DNA from: Acholeplasmataceae bacterium
Lineage (GTDB): Bacteria > Bacillota_I > Bacilli_A > Acholeplasmatales > Acholeplasmataceae
Length of the DNA: 64,000 nucleotides
NCBI GenBank assembly: GCA_963675245.1
Contig: OY775910.1
Span: 416,001 to 480,000 of the forward strand
Direction: 5' to 3'
This document shows positions 30,580-39,194 of the stretch, piece after piece. Positions within the stretch are counted from its first letter, which is position 1. Each line of letters opens with the position of its first letter. The notes under the pieces were generated by a model. That model did no database searches. It was not told the origin of the DNA and saw only the letters and a program-made list of their open reading frames with translations. The translations under genes and the position numbers were made by a program.

Positions 30580-30610
30580 AAAAAATCGTCCAGATGATGG
30601 ATGATTTTTT
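30580..30610 (+). terminator. Intrinsic terminator after the ncRNA (possibly bidirectional)
   Basis: AAAAAATCGTCCA-GATGA-TGGATGATTTTTT. Confidence 0.75.
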
Positions 30611-30661
30611 AATTTTCTAGATATTAGTTTTGCTTTTTTATTGAATAAATACATATCAGTA

Positions 30662-31504
30662 TCATGCTGCAACAAGATACCTATGATTCTTTTGATGGAT
30701 CATATACCACGACCCTAAGACAATCGCGAATGTGATATTAACAATCACCCACACCCAATAACCAGGTTGAGGGACATCTGCCATAAACAATACCGGAAAG
30801 AATGGCACCGACACATTACTAATCGTATGCATAATCCAAGGGATGATCAGTCTCTTACCTGATAGATTATATAAAATGCCAATAACGACTGACCAACTTA
30901 TCGTAAATAATAAGAAAGCAATAAACGGATAATAAGAATGTCCTTCTCCTTCTATTAACCAGAGAGGGGCATGCCAAAATCCCCATAATAACCCTATCAA
31001 TAAACTCGCTTTAATCAATCCCATTTTATCTTGTAGTGGAGACTGAATAAACCCTCTCCATCCAAATTCTTCTTGACCTCCACCCACGAAAAAGATCATT
31101 AAGGTATAGGGAATGAATAACACAAAGACAGGCACACCTAAATCCGTTGGTATTAACGTATTCGGAAGTGTATCAATATTTAATAGTCCTGTACCATAGT
31201 GAGCAATGATGGTTGTAATAAGTGCGAAAAATACGGCCAATACATAAAACTTCCAATTCGTCTTTAAACTTAAAGACCTCTTATAGAATGCTTTAACAGC
31301 TACCCATTTTCCCTGTGAGTAGGTGAGGAGGGTTGCTGCTACGAGCGGTCCAAATGCCCCCAAGATGACTGCCACACTAAGTAAAGATGACAGTGTGTCT
31401 GTCATGTCATATAATCCGAATGTCGGCAAAACAAAAGGTAACCACAATACCCAAGCCCAAACATACGTGTAGATGAAATATCTAACTATCGCTTTATTTT
31501 CCAT
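30662..31504 (-). CDS. CPBP (Abi/CAAX-type) intramembrane metalloprotease, copy 2
   Basis: Same motifs as copy 1, with long identical peptide stretches. Confidence 0.9.
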   Translation of the reverse strand: MENKAIVRYFIYTYVWAWVLWLPFVLPTFGLYDMTDTLSSLLSVAVILGAFGPLVAATLLTYSQGKWVAVKAFYKRSLSLKTNWKFYVLAVFFALITTIIAHYGTGLLNIDTLPNTLIPTDLGVPVFVLFIPYTLMIFFVGGGQEEFGWRGFIQSPLQDKMGLIKASLLIGLLWGFWHAPLWLIEGEGHSYYPFIAFLLFTISWSVVIGILYNLSGKRLIIPWIMHTISNVSVPFFPVLFMADVPQPGYWVWVIVNITFAIVLGSWYMIHQKNHRYLVAA

Positions 31505-31637
31505 ATTATTACTCCTATTCTTGTTTAACTCTAATTTGAGTATATCACCAATAAAATAGGATGTAACGCAACGGGTGGTTGCGGTTAAACGAACGTTAAT
31601 AAATCCCTTTCGTCAAGTGATAAAAGGCACTTTCCAA

Positions 31638-31744
31638 TTAAAGTAACGCTCCGTTTCGTCCAATTAATGTAACTATTTGTTTTGAAAAAGTGATTGTTTG
31701 TTCTGATAGTATTGAAGCATAATTTTTAATTTTTTGATTTCCAT
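31638..31744 (-). pseudogene. Frameshifted, truncated N-terminus of an ABC/SMC-fold (AAA_15/OLD-like) ATPase
   Basis: Adding one A to the A6 run gives MEIKKIKNYASILSEQTITFSKQIVTLIGRNGA, which breaks off within Walker A. Confidence 0.55.
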
Positions 31745-31788
31745 ACTACTTCTAAAAAATATCAAATTAAATTTTTCTAGATTCTATT

Positions 31789-34125
31789 TTAGGATATATA
31801 TCTTTTCAGTATATCAATGTCCAAATCAATCTTATATATACTTTTATCAAATACAATCTCATTTTCATTTACATCTATAACATAATCAATAATTTTATCA
31901 ATATCATCATTAAAGAATCCATATCTTAAAAGCCATATTCTAACTGGTTCATTAGTACCAAATTTGACTAGATTCGAAATTTCAAACGCTCTCTGATCAC
32001 CTGTTTTTAAATAATATGTATCAAATGTTGCATAAAATATGTCTTTCAGTCTTAGCGATATTAACTTATCCATAAAATCATATGTATCAAATATTACTGT
32101 GTCATAATCGATATCTAAAATATTAGAATCTGTAAATTTAGGATATCTCTTTAGATTAATGTTGGGAATATCGTTATAGCCCACTAAATATTTTGCTTCA
32201 ATGTTTGATAGCTTATGAATTAATTTTTTTTTGTCTTCACCATTTGCATGTATCAATTGATTTCTTATATCTTTTACTTCTTCATCAAAAAATTTCGTCG
32301 TAAAAAAATACCTTAATGCAGCTATTTGCTTAAAACTCTTGCCTAATATAGACCACAACATTATTTGAAAACCCTCATTAAGAACATCTTGTTCTCCTAA
32401 ACTTAACTCTTTTCGTCTTATATGTCGAAGATAAATACTCATAAAAGCTGATTTGATAATACCTTTTGTTTCCGTACTATATATTTTAAAAGTTTCATAA
32501 GGAATTAATTTGTTGTCAACAAATAGGTAATTTATTATTTTATTTATTTCAATATCTATTTCATTTGATGTAAGTAATTCTACTTCTTTATTAGTTAAAT
32601 TATATTTATCTGAAAAATCGTTGTTTTTTATAGCTTCTTTTAATTCAGCGACATCAATCTCGTTCTCTCCAAAATTTCTATCAATATTTGATTTTTCATC
32701 AATAAACTCATTATGATTCATTAACTTTCTAAATCCAGATTTGTTTTGATCCTTAATGAGTACAATACCAAAGTCAAAACCCTTTAGTTTTGAAGCTCTT
32801 CCTGCTCTCCCTATTAAATTCTTAACACCTAAAGTCTTACTTAATTCCAATCTTTCTACCCAAACAAGATCAAAAGGCATATTAATTCCTTGATATAGTG
32901 TAGATGTTGCAATACATACTTTTGATAATCCTAGATTTATAAATTTTTCTATTTTTTTTCTTAAATCCAAAGGCATTGATCCATGATGGATTACTATACC
33001 AAATTTCATTAAACGAAGCAAAAATGAGTCTTTATATCTTGAAACTCCTAATATATCTTTCACTTCTTCTATAAGTTTTAATCCTTCTTCAGTATTTATG
33101 ATTCTGAAATATTTCCTATATTTAAACAAATCTTGTAAGTATTTTTTATTTATAATCTTGCTTTTTGGCATATAAATTAGAATGCTTCGTCCATTAGATA
33201 GTACACGTTCAATAGGATCAAAATGTAATTCCATTTTGTGATTGCCAAGCGCTTCCTTATCTACAGCAAATTGGTAAAATTTATTATCATCATAAGAAAA
33301 ATAAATTTGACCAACATTTCTTTGTTCATAAACTTTTGATTCGTTATCAACATTGAATAAATGATTTCTTGTGATTTGCGCTTCAGGATTAGATATAAAT
33401 GGATGTGCGAATAATATTTTTGAATTTGGAAATTCTTTGTGGAATCTTCTAACTATTCCATCGAAAAGAACTCCCCTGATATTTTTCTCATCAGCTAATT
33501 GTGCTTCATCAAATAGAATTAAATCTAAATTGAATAGATTCTTCAATGAGAAAACAGACTTCGCTCTTTCTGGTGTTAATATGAATATATTTCTCTCCAC
33601 ATTATTCCTGTTGACGAAATCCACATGTTGCAATAAGTTAACTTTTTTAAAATTCAAAGTTTCCTCTAATAAAATTATATACTCATTAATTAACGCTCTC
33701 GATGGTACAATAATAACTACATCATTTAAATACTCGTTAAGTAATTCTCGAAACACGAAAGATTTTCCTACACTCGTGCCACTTGAAAAACTAAACACTT
33801 TATTTTTGTTACTTTTTTCAATTATCTCGACTTGAGTTGGTGTGAATTTTTGATTCATCTTTTTTATAATAGCACTTTTGTTTATTGAAAATATAGTGCT
33901 TTTCAATGTTGTTGGATTAGAATCTTTATAAAACAACCCCATAGCTAAATTTACTTCATCTTCATAAAATTTAAAAAAATCTTCATGGTAATATTTTATT
34001 GAGGATAATATTTCCAACACACCAGACCTTATTGGTCCGTTGTAAAATAAATCTCGAATGCATCTTTTTATGATTTCTTCTAGATTGATACCGTTGTATA
34101 TGTCATTGATTAAACTATTACTCAT
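31789..34125 (-). CDS. hamB: SF2 (Ski2-like) DEAD/DEAH helicase, Hachiman HamB-like
   Basis: GTSVGKS, IVPSRALI, TPER, DEAQ, IHHG, ATSTLYQGIN, NLIGRAGR; overlaps the hamA-like gene. Confidence 0.75.
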   Translation of the reverse strand: MSNSLINDIYNGINLEEIIKRCIRDLFYNGPIRSGVLEILSSIKYYHEDFFKFYEDEVNLAMGLFYKDSNPTTLKSTIFSINKSAIIKKMNQKFTPTQVEIIEKSNKNKVFSFSSGTSVGKSFVFRELLNEYLNDVVIIVPSRALINEYIILLEETLNFKKVNLLQHVDFVNRNNVERNIFILTPERAKSVFSLKNLFNLDLILFDEAQLADEKNIRGVLFDGIVRRFHKEFPNSKILFAHPFISNPEAQITRNHLFNVDNESKVYEQRNVGQIYFSYDDNKFYQFAVDKEALGNHKMELHFDPIERVLSNGRSILIYMPKSKIINKKYLQDLFKYRKYFRIINTEEGLKLIEEVKDILGVSRYKDSFLLRLMKFGIVIHHGSMPLDLRKKIEKFINLGLSKVCIATSTLYQGINMPFDLVWVERLELSKTLGVKNLIGRAGRASKLKGFDFGIVLIKDQNKSGFRKLMNHNEFIDEKSNIDRNFGENEIDVAELKEAIKNNDFSDKYNLTNKEVELLTSNEIDIEINKIINYLFVDNKLIPYETFKIYSTETKGIIKSAFMSIYLRHIRRKELSLGEQDVLNEGFQIMLWSILGKSFKQIAALRYFFTTKFFDEEVKDIRNQLIHANGEDKKKLIHKLSNIEAKYLVGYNDIPNINLKRYPKFTDSNILDIDYDTVIFDTYDFMDKLISLRLKDIFYATFDTYYLKTGDQRAFEISNLVKFGTNEPVRIWLLRYGFFNDDIDKIIDYVIDVNENEIVFDKSIYKIDLDIDILKRYIS

Positions 34126-34819
34126 ACAATTTCACCCCTATAAATATGGCTTCTTCGTAATTACATAATATTTTAAAATGTGGATTATCAATTATATTTT
34201 TTATTAGTTTTTCCTCATCATTTGTATGCAACGAAAATCCTGCAATATAGCCTTTATGATCATTCATAAATTCATCAATATTTATCTTTGTAATAAATTT
34301 GTCAATATTTGCCAGTTCCTCTAAATCTTTATTGTCGTTTATAAACCTCTCAATTTGCTCCAATGCTGCCCCATATCCATTGTTATTTGATCTGTATTTT
34401 GATTCGCCAAACATCAATATAGTATTGTTTATGGTGATAAAATCAAATCCTGGGTTTCCCTTTACCTGCTCTTTTATTAATTCTAATAGTGGTAGTGCTT
34501 TATGATGTAATTCGTGTTGAACAGAATAAATACTTTGCGTGCTGACGATATACTCACCAGCTTCTTCTGCTAATGAATTTTTTTCAACTGCTTTTATCTC
34601 TTCACTTATTTTTTCAGCAGTTTTTTTACATCTGCTTGCAAATGATGCTTTCAACCAATCAATTTCTAAACTATTAATCCAAGTTAAATCATTTAAATAC
34701 AATAAAAGTTTGTACACTTCAAACTCTAAGTCGTCTACTAAGACTTCAATATATCTCAATGTAACGTTTTCTTTTATTCCATATTTACTGTTTTGAATAA
34801 TAATATTGCTTTTTATCAA
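34118..34819 (-). CDS. hamA: Hachiman HamA-like (DUF1837-type) PD-(D/E)xK nuclease
   Basis: AGEY...KGNPGFDF...FGESKY; directly upstream of helicase; TTGATA-17-TATAAT promoter at 34883-34911. Confidence 0.7.
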   Translation of the reverse strand: MIKSNIIIQNSKYGIKENVTLRYIEVLVDDLEFEVYKLLLYLNDLTWINSLEIDWLKASFASRCKKTAEKISEEIKAVEKNSLAEEAGEYIVSTQSIYSVQHELHHKALPLLELIKEQVKGNPGFDFITINNTILMFGESKYRSNNNGYGAALEQIERFINDNKDLEELANIDKFITKINIDEFMNDHKGYIAGFSLHTNDEEKLIKNIIDNPHFKILCNYEEAIFIGVKLYE

Positions 34820-34913
34820 TGATTCGCCCTCCCCAAAAATATTTATTGTAAAACTAGATTTGTATAGATTATTCTTGATAACATTATATCATTTCTTCAA
34901 TTCTGTATCAAAA

Positions 34914-36146
34914 TCATACAAAATTAGTTTTAAAAACTGAAAGTAAATATGTAATCAACATCAAGCATCCAACTAATATAAACATAAACTGATAAGAAAT
35001 ATTATCAGCAATCAATCCCAACAATGGTGCAAATATAATAATAAATATAGACGTCAATTGTGAATCTATTGATAAGACACTTGCTCTTCTATCTGGATCC
35101 GCATGGTCCCCAATCACTTCTACCATTAATGGTTTCCTAATATTTAAGAATACATACATGAATATAAAACCAATGAATGTTATGATTAACTGATTAATAA
35201 ATATGCCTATTACAACCATGGTTATTCCACTTAACGCCCACATCAGGGCATTAATCGTTTCATGATTGCTTAACCTAAGTAGTTTATATGCATTTCTGGA
35301 TACAATCGCACTAATCAAGAATATCACAGCGTACATAATCGCAGAATACACTTCAACATGTTCATCTGCACTTAACTGATTAAATAGTAATAATGTCATA
35401 GGCATAGCGACTAATATTAATTGAATAAAGTCTTTTAATATTTTAAACATCGCTTGATAACTAGATGATCTAAACAATATGCTTCTCATCTCTTTATCTT
35501 TCCATACATAAGCTAATGTATTCTTATTCTCATTTATAAATGATTTCCATTTAAATGAACTTTCTTTTCGTTCATTTAAGAATTTAGGATAAGTCATAAT
35601 TAAAATGATATCCAAAAGATATGGAATAATCGCTAAGAAGAATAAGAATCTTAATTCTGGAATAGCAAGTACAAGATAAATCGTAAATAAACTAGATACC
35701 ATAGAACCTATCATAGAGTAAGATCTTGTTTTACCATAGATCTTACTCTTTTCATCTTTTAGATTCTTCTCATCCATATATTGCATAATCATGGCTTTAT
35801 GCGTACCACTTCTAAATGCTTCTCCTAATCCAAATAAGATCATGGCAATGATAAATACCCAGAATACTGTGCCAATGGCAAATATCACAAAACTTGCAAT
35901 ATAAAAGACAAAACACAAAATGAGTTCTGTCTTCTTACCATACCTGTCAGCAAACACACCTGATGGTATTTCAAATATGTAGATGATTGCTTCTCTGATG
36001 GAATATAATAAACCAATCTGAAAGACACTTAATCCAAATGAATAAAGATAGATTAAGAGTACTGGATCAAAGAAACGTAAGTTCTTAAAGAATCCATAGA
36101 AACCAAATTTAGTTATTTGTGTCGTTGCTTTTTTATCTTCATTCAT
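34914..36146 (-). CDS. MFS transporter
   Basis: FEIPSGVFADRYGKK motif A; RASVLS; about 12 TMs. Confidence 0.85.
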   Translation of the reverse strand: MNEDKKATTQITKFGFYGFFKNLRFFDPVLLIYLYSFGLSVFQIGLLYSIREAIIYIFEIPSGVFADRYGKKTELILCFVFYIASFVIFAIGTVFWVFIIAMILFGLGEAFRSGTHKAMIMQYMDEKNLKDEKSKIYGKTRSYSMIGSMVSSLFTIYLVLAIPELRFLFFLAIIPYLLDIILIMTYPKFLNERKESSFKWKSFINENKNTLAYVWKDKEMRSILFRSSSYQAMFKILKDFIQLILVAMPMTLLLFNQLSADEHVEVYSAIMYAVIFLISAIVSRNAYKLLRLSNHETINALMWALSGITMVVIGIFINQLIITFIGFIFMYVFLNIRKPLMVEVIGDHADPDRRASVLSIDSQLTSIFIIIFAPLLGLIADNISYQFMFILVGCLMLITYLLSVFKTNFV

Positions 36147-36180
36147 AAGTCTCGTTTTATTCTACTTCTTAACGAATGTT

Positions 36181-38238
36181 TTAATTGATTAACTTACTCT
36201 CAAGCATAAATAAGTTATTTAATAAAATATAAACGACAAAGTATATTTTGTTAATCAATCTATCCAACTCAGATAAAACAGGTATTGTTTGTTGATGAAT
36301 ATATTTGTTTCTTTCAATTCGAAATTCATTGATTTCTTTAACTGTATTTTCGACTGTTATATATCTATTTCCCATGCTAACAAACAACTCTTTTAAAATC
36401 ATAGTATAGTCATACATTGTGAGATTAATCACCCACTCTTCTAATTCTAATGAAACTTCTTTTTTTATGTTATTTCTAACATATTTTATAATAAATGCTT
36501 CATTTTTATCTAAATTATTTCGAATATAATTAATCATATTAACCATTAGTTTTTCAATACCTTTTAACTGTGGAAACAAAATAAAAGAAAAATCCATTAA
36601 ATCTTTAACAACATTACTATCAACTTGTTTCTTAAAATATCCACAAAGAAACTCGCTTTCTATTAAATGTAGATACCAATCTTTACTTATTTTATTAAGG
36701 CATTCTATTGAATTAACAATATCATTTTCCGACATAAAAGGTAAATTCCAAAATTTGTGATATTCAGATTTAGATATATTGAGTAGTTTTTCTAAAAACA
36801 CTTTTGATAAGTCATCAAAAGCAAAATCTGAATAACTATACTGATTGGTAGTATCTAATTCGATTTGTAATAGTTGTTCGTTTATTTTATTAACAATGAA
36901 TTTTTCTCGCAAATATTGTTGGTACAATTCATCATCAAACAATTCATAAGAATATATGCAATCATTGAACAATAAATCACGTGTGCAACTTTCTAAAGTC
37001 ATTAACCTCATTGTTAGATAATTTTCTAAATCTTGTATAACATCTAAATCATTATGTTTATGTGCATAGTCTAGAAGGTATAACAGACTATCCTGAAAAA
37101 ATTCATGAGCCTTTATTAATTCATTAATAAAATTGTTGCTGTCTATTTTAATTGTACCCTCAATATCATTGTAAACAAAAGATAGATATTTAGAAAGTAA
37201 ATTTTCTCCATTTGTGATTTTTCTATATATATCTTTAGATAAATTTAGGTTTTCAAATAATTCTTCTACGCTGCTAAAAACTTCTTGCGTATAATCTTCA
37301 TTAAATGTATCAATTAAATCTGAAATATTCGAAATAAATCCTTTTTCAATTTTTTCATATTGTTCAACAAAAAATCTTTTCCAATCAAATTGTTCTAAAT
37401 ATTCTTTTCTATTTTTTAAAAGTTTTATCATTAAGCCTCTAGACAATTTATTATCTTCAATATATTTATCTAAATCTATTTTCATCATTGAGAATAGATT
37501 ATATTTAGTTATGTCAATTAATCTTTGGAATTGATAACCCAATTGCCATTTTTTTCTATACTCATCAAAATATTCTAAAATAGAAATGCTTATGTTTAAT
37601 TTATCGGTATTAAAATCTGAAGAATCATAACAATCGTTAATAATTTCCAATATTTCATATAATATACCTGAATGTCTTTTTATTTCGTAATTATAATTTT
37701 CAAACAAGCGTTTTACTACATTGTTATAATCAAAAACATAGAAAAAGATCTCTACTAGATACTTTTTGTATTTGTAGGCATTTTCTTCAACAAATTTGTC
37801 TATTATTGAAAATAAACTACTAAAAAGAAAGCTAGACTCAGCATTAATGTTTCTTGAGGCATCTATTTGTTCTCCATGAACCATTAAATCCACAAGCTTA
37901 ATAACTTGTTGTTTAAACGTTTTATATTTAGAAAAATTAAATTCAATTCCATAAATATTGAAAATGAAATGATAAACAAAATCATGATATTGAAATGACT
38001 TTTCTTTATAAATTAACAATTCATTATATAAAAAATCACTGTTTTTTTTTATTAGAATTTCGTCAAGATCTTTGATAGAATTTTGCAACATATAAAACGT
38101 GGGAAATAAATCAGAACTTTTGTAATACAACTCTATCATTAATAACCCAAGTTCCTCATTGGATATTCTGCGTTTAGTATTTTCCAGAATTCTTTTATAG
38201 TGTTCATCGTAATATTTCCATATAATCGTTTCGTTCAT
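36181..38238 (-). CDS. Large helical protein with C-terminal HEPN-like (RnlA-type) domain
   Basis: DFSFILFPQLKGIEKL and RNKYIH (RxxxxH) near the C-terminus; GGAGG RBS; last gene of defence operon. Confidence 0.55.
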   Translation of the reverse strand: MNETIIWKYYDEHYKRILENTKRRISNEELGLLMIELYYKSSDLFPTFYMLQNSIKDLDEILIKKNSDFLYNELLIYKEKSFQYHDFVYHFIFNIYGIEFNFSKYKTFKQQVIKLVDLMVHGEQIDASRNINAESSFLFSSLFSIIDKFVEENAYKYKKYLVEIFFYVFDYNNVVKRLFENYNYEIKRHSGILYEILEIINDCYDSSDFNTDKLNISISILEYFDEYRKKWQLGYQFQRLIDITKYNLFSMMKIDLDKYIEDNKLSRGLMIKLLKNRKEYLEQFDWKRFFVEQYEKIEKGFISNISDLIDTFNEDYTQEVFSSVEELFENLNLSKDIYRKITNGENLLSKYLSFVYNDIEGTIKIDSNNFINELIKAHEFFQDSLLYLLDYAHKHNDLDVIQDLENYLTMRLMTLESCTRDLLFNDCIYSYELFDDELYQQYLREKFIVNKINEQLLQIELDTTNQYSYSDFAFDDLSKVFLEKLLNISKSEYHKFWNLPFMSENDIVNSIECLNKISKDWYLHLIESEFLCGYFKKQVDSNVVKDLMDFSFILFPQLKGIEKLMVNMINYIRNNLDKNEAFIIKYVRNNIKKEVSLELEEWVINLTMYDYTMILKELFVSMGNRYITVENTVKEINEFRIERNKYIHQQTIPVLSELDRLINKIYFVVYILLNNLFMLESKLIN

Positions 38239-38276
38239 AATCAACCTCCATACCGTTGACTAACAATTTAAAATTT

Positions 38277-39194
38277 TCATTTATTTGTATTTATAATATC
38301 TAATATTTTACATTCCTTAGCAAGATCACATGCACTTTCATAAGAAATATTTGTTACTCCTTGTGGAATAGTTGTACTGATTTGTGGTAAATCCTTACTA
38401 TTCATTAATTTTACACTTCTAATGCTGTTTTTTAATGAAAAAACAATACCTTGATTTAGAGTATCAATTCCACAATAATTCATCATTTTGTGTAGAGAAA
38501 ACTTCGTTTCAAAATTATTGGTTTTGTTTAACACTTCCACAAATAATTCAAATAAACTAGTACCTTTTTCAGTTGTATATAAGATAACGGAAGATACAAA
38601 TATGTCATATAATAAATTATGAAGTTGTTCATGAGTAAATCTATGAATTCTATTTGCTTTAGTGGTTGTTTTTACCTCAATTTTTTTGGTCTCTGTAATT
38701 TCGATGTCGTGTTTAGAATATGCGTTTTTATGATAGTCATTGAGTATGTTTTTATACCCTTTATTATAAAAATATAAAAGTGTTATTAGTTCTCCTGCTG
38801 TACCTATCTGTATATTGTTAAGATCACCACTTGGTTTTTGAAATAAATTTTGTATTGAAAACATTAGTTCTGAAAAAGTGTCTTCATCAATTGGGTTTTC
38901 AATTTTTTTAAAAACATATTCATAAATAATATCAAAATTATGATCCATATAATCTGTACTATCTTTACAACTAATAAGATGAAAATAGTACTTTTTGTTA
39001 TCATAGTTTAAAACTACATTTTTTTTAATAATAAGATGTTTTGTGTCATAACTAAATTCTATAATCTTTAGGGATGAATTCTTGAAAAGTAAGGTTCTTT
39101 GACCAGATTCGTTAATGCATGGAATAACATTTGCGTTTTGAAGTTCACCTTTTTCAATTTCAGTAATGTATTTATAAATCATAAATAAATTCAT
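38277..39194 (-). CDS. PD-(D/E)xK motif protein (DUF4420, MzaD-like)
   Basis: IGTAGELI...KHDI...IEVKTT; overlaps the Z1 gene. Confidence 0.8.
   Translation of the reverse strand: MNLFMIYKYITEIEKGELQNANVIPCINESGQRTLLFKNSSLKIIEFSYDTKHLIIKKNVVLNYDNKKYYFHLISCKDSTDYMDHNFDIIYEYVFKKIENPIDEDTFSELMFSIQNLFQKPSGDLNNIQIGTAGELITLLYFYNKGYKNILNDYHKNAYSKHDIEITETKKIEVKTTTKANRIHRFTHEQLHNLLYDIFVSSVILYTTEKGTSLFELFVEVLNKTNNFETKFSLHKMMNYCGIDTLNQGIVFSLKNSIRSVKLMNSKDLPQISTTIPQGVTNISYESACDLAKECKILDIINTNK

Noticed and set aside
30162..30675. Short ORFs 30162-30386 (+), 30191-30424 (-) and 30439-30675 (-)
   Set aside because: No RBS or recognisable motifs; they overlap each other and a region better explained as a structured RNA and its terminator.
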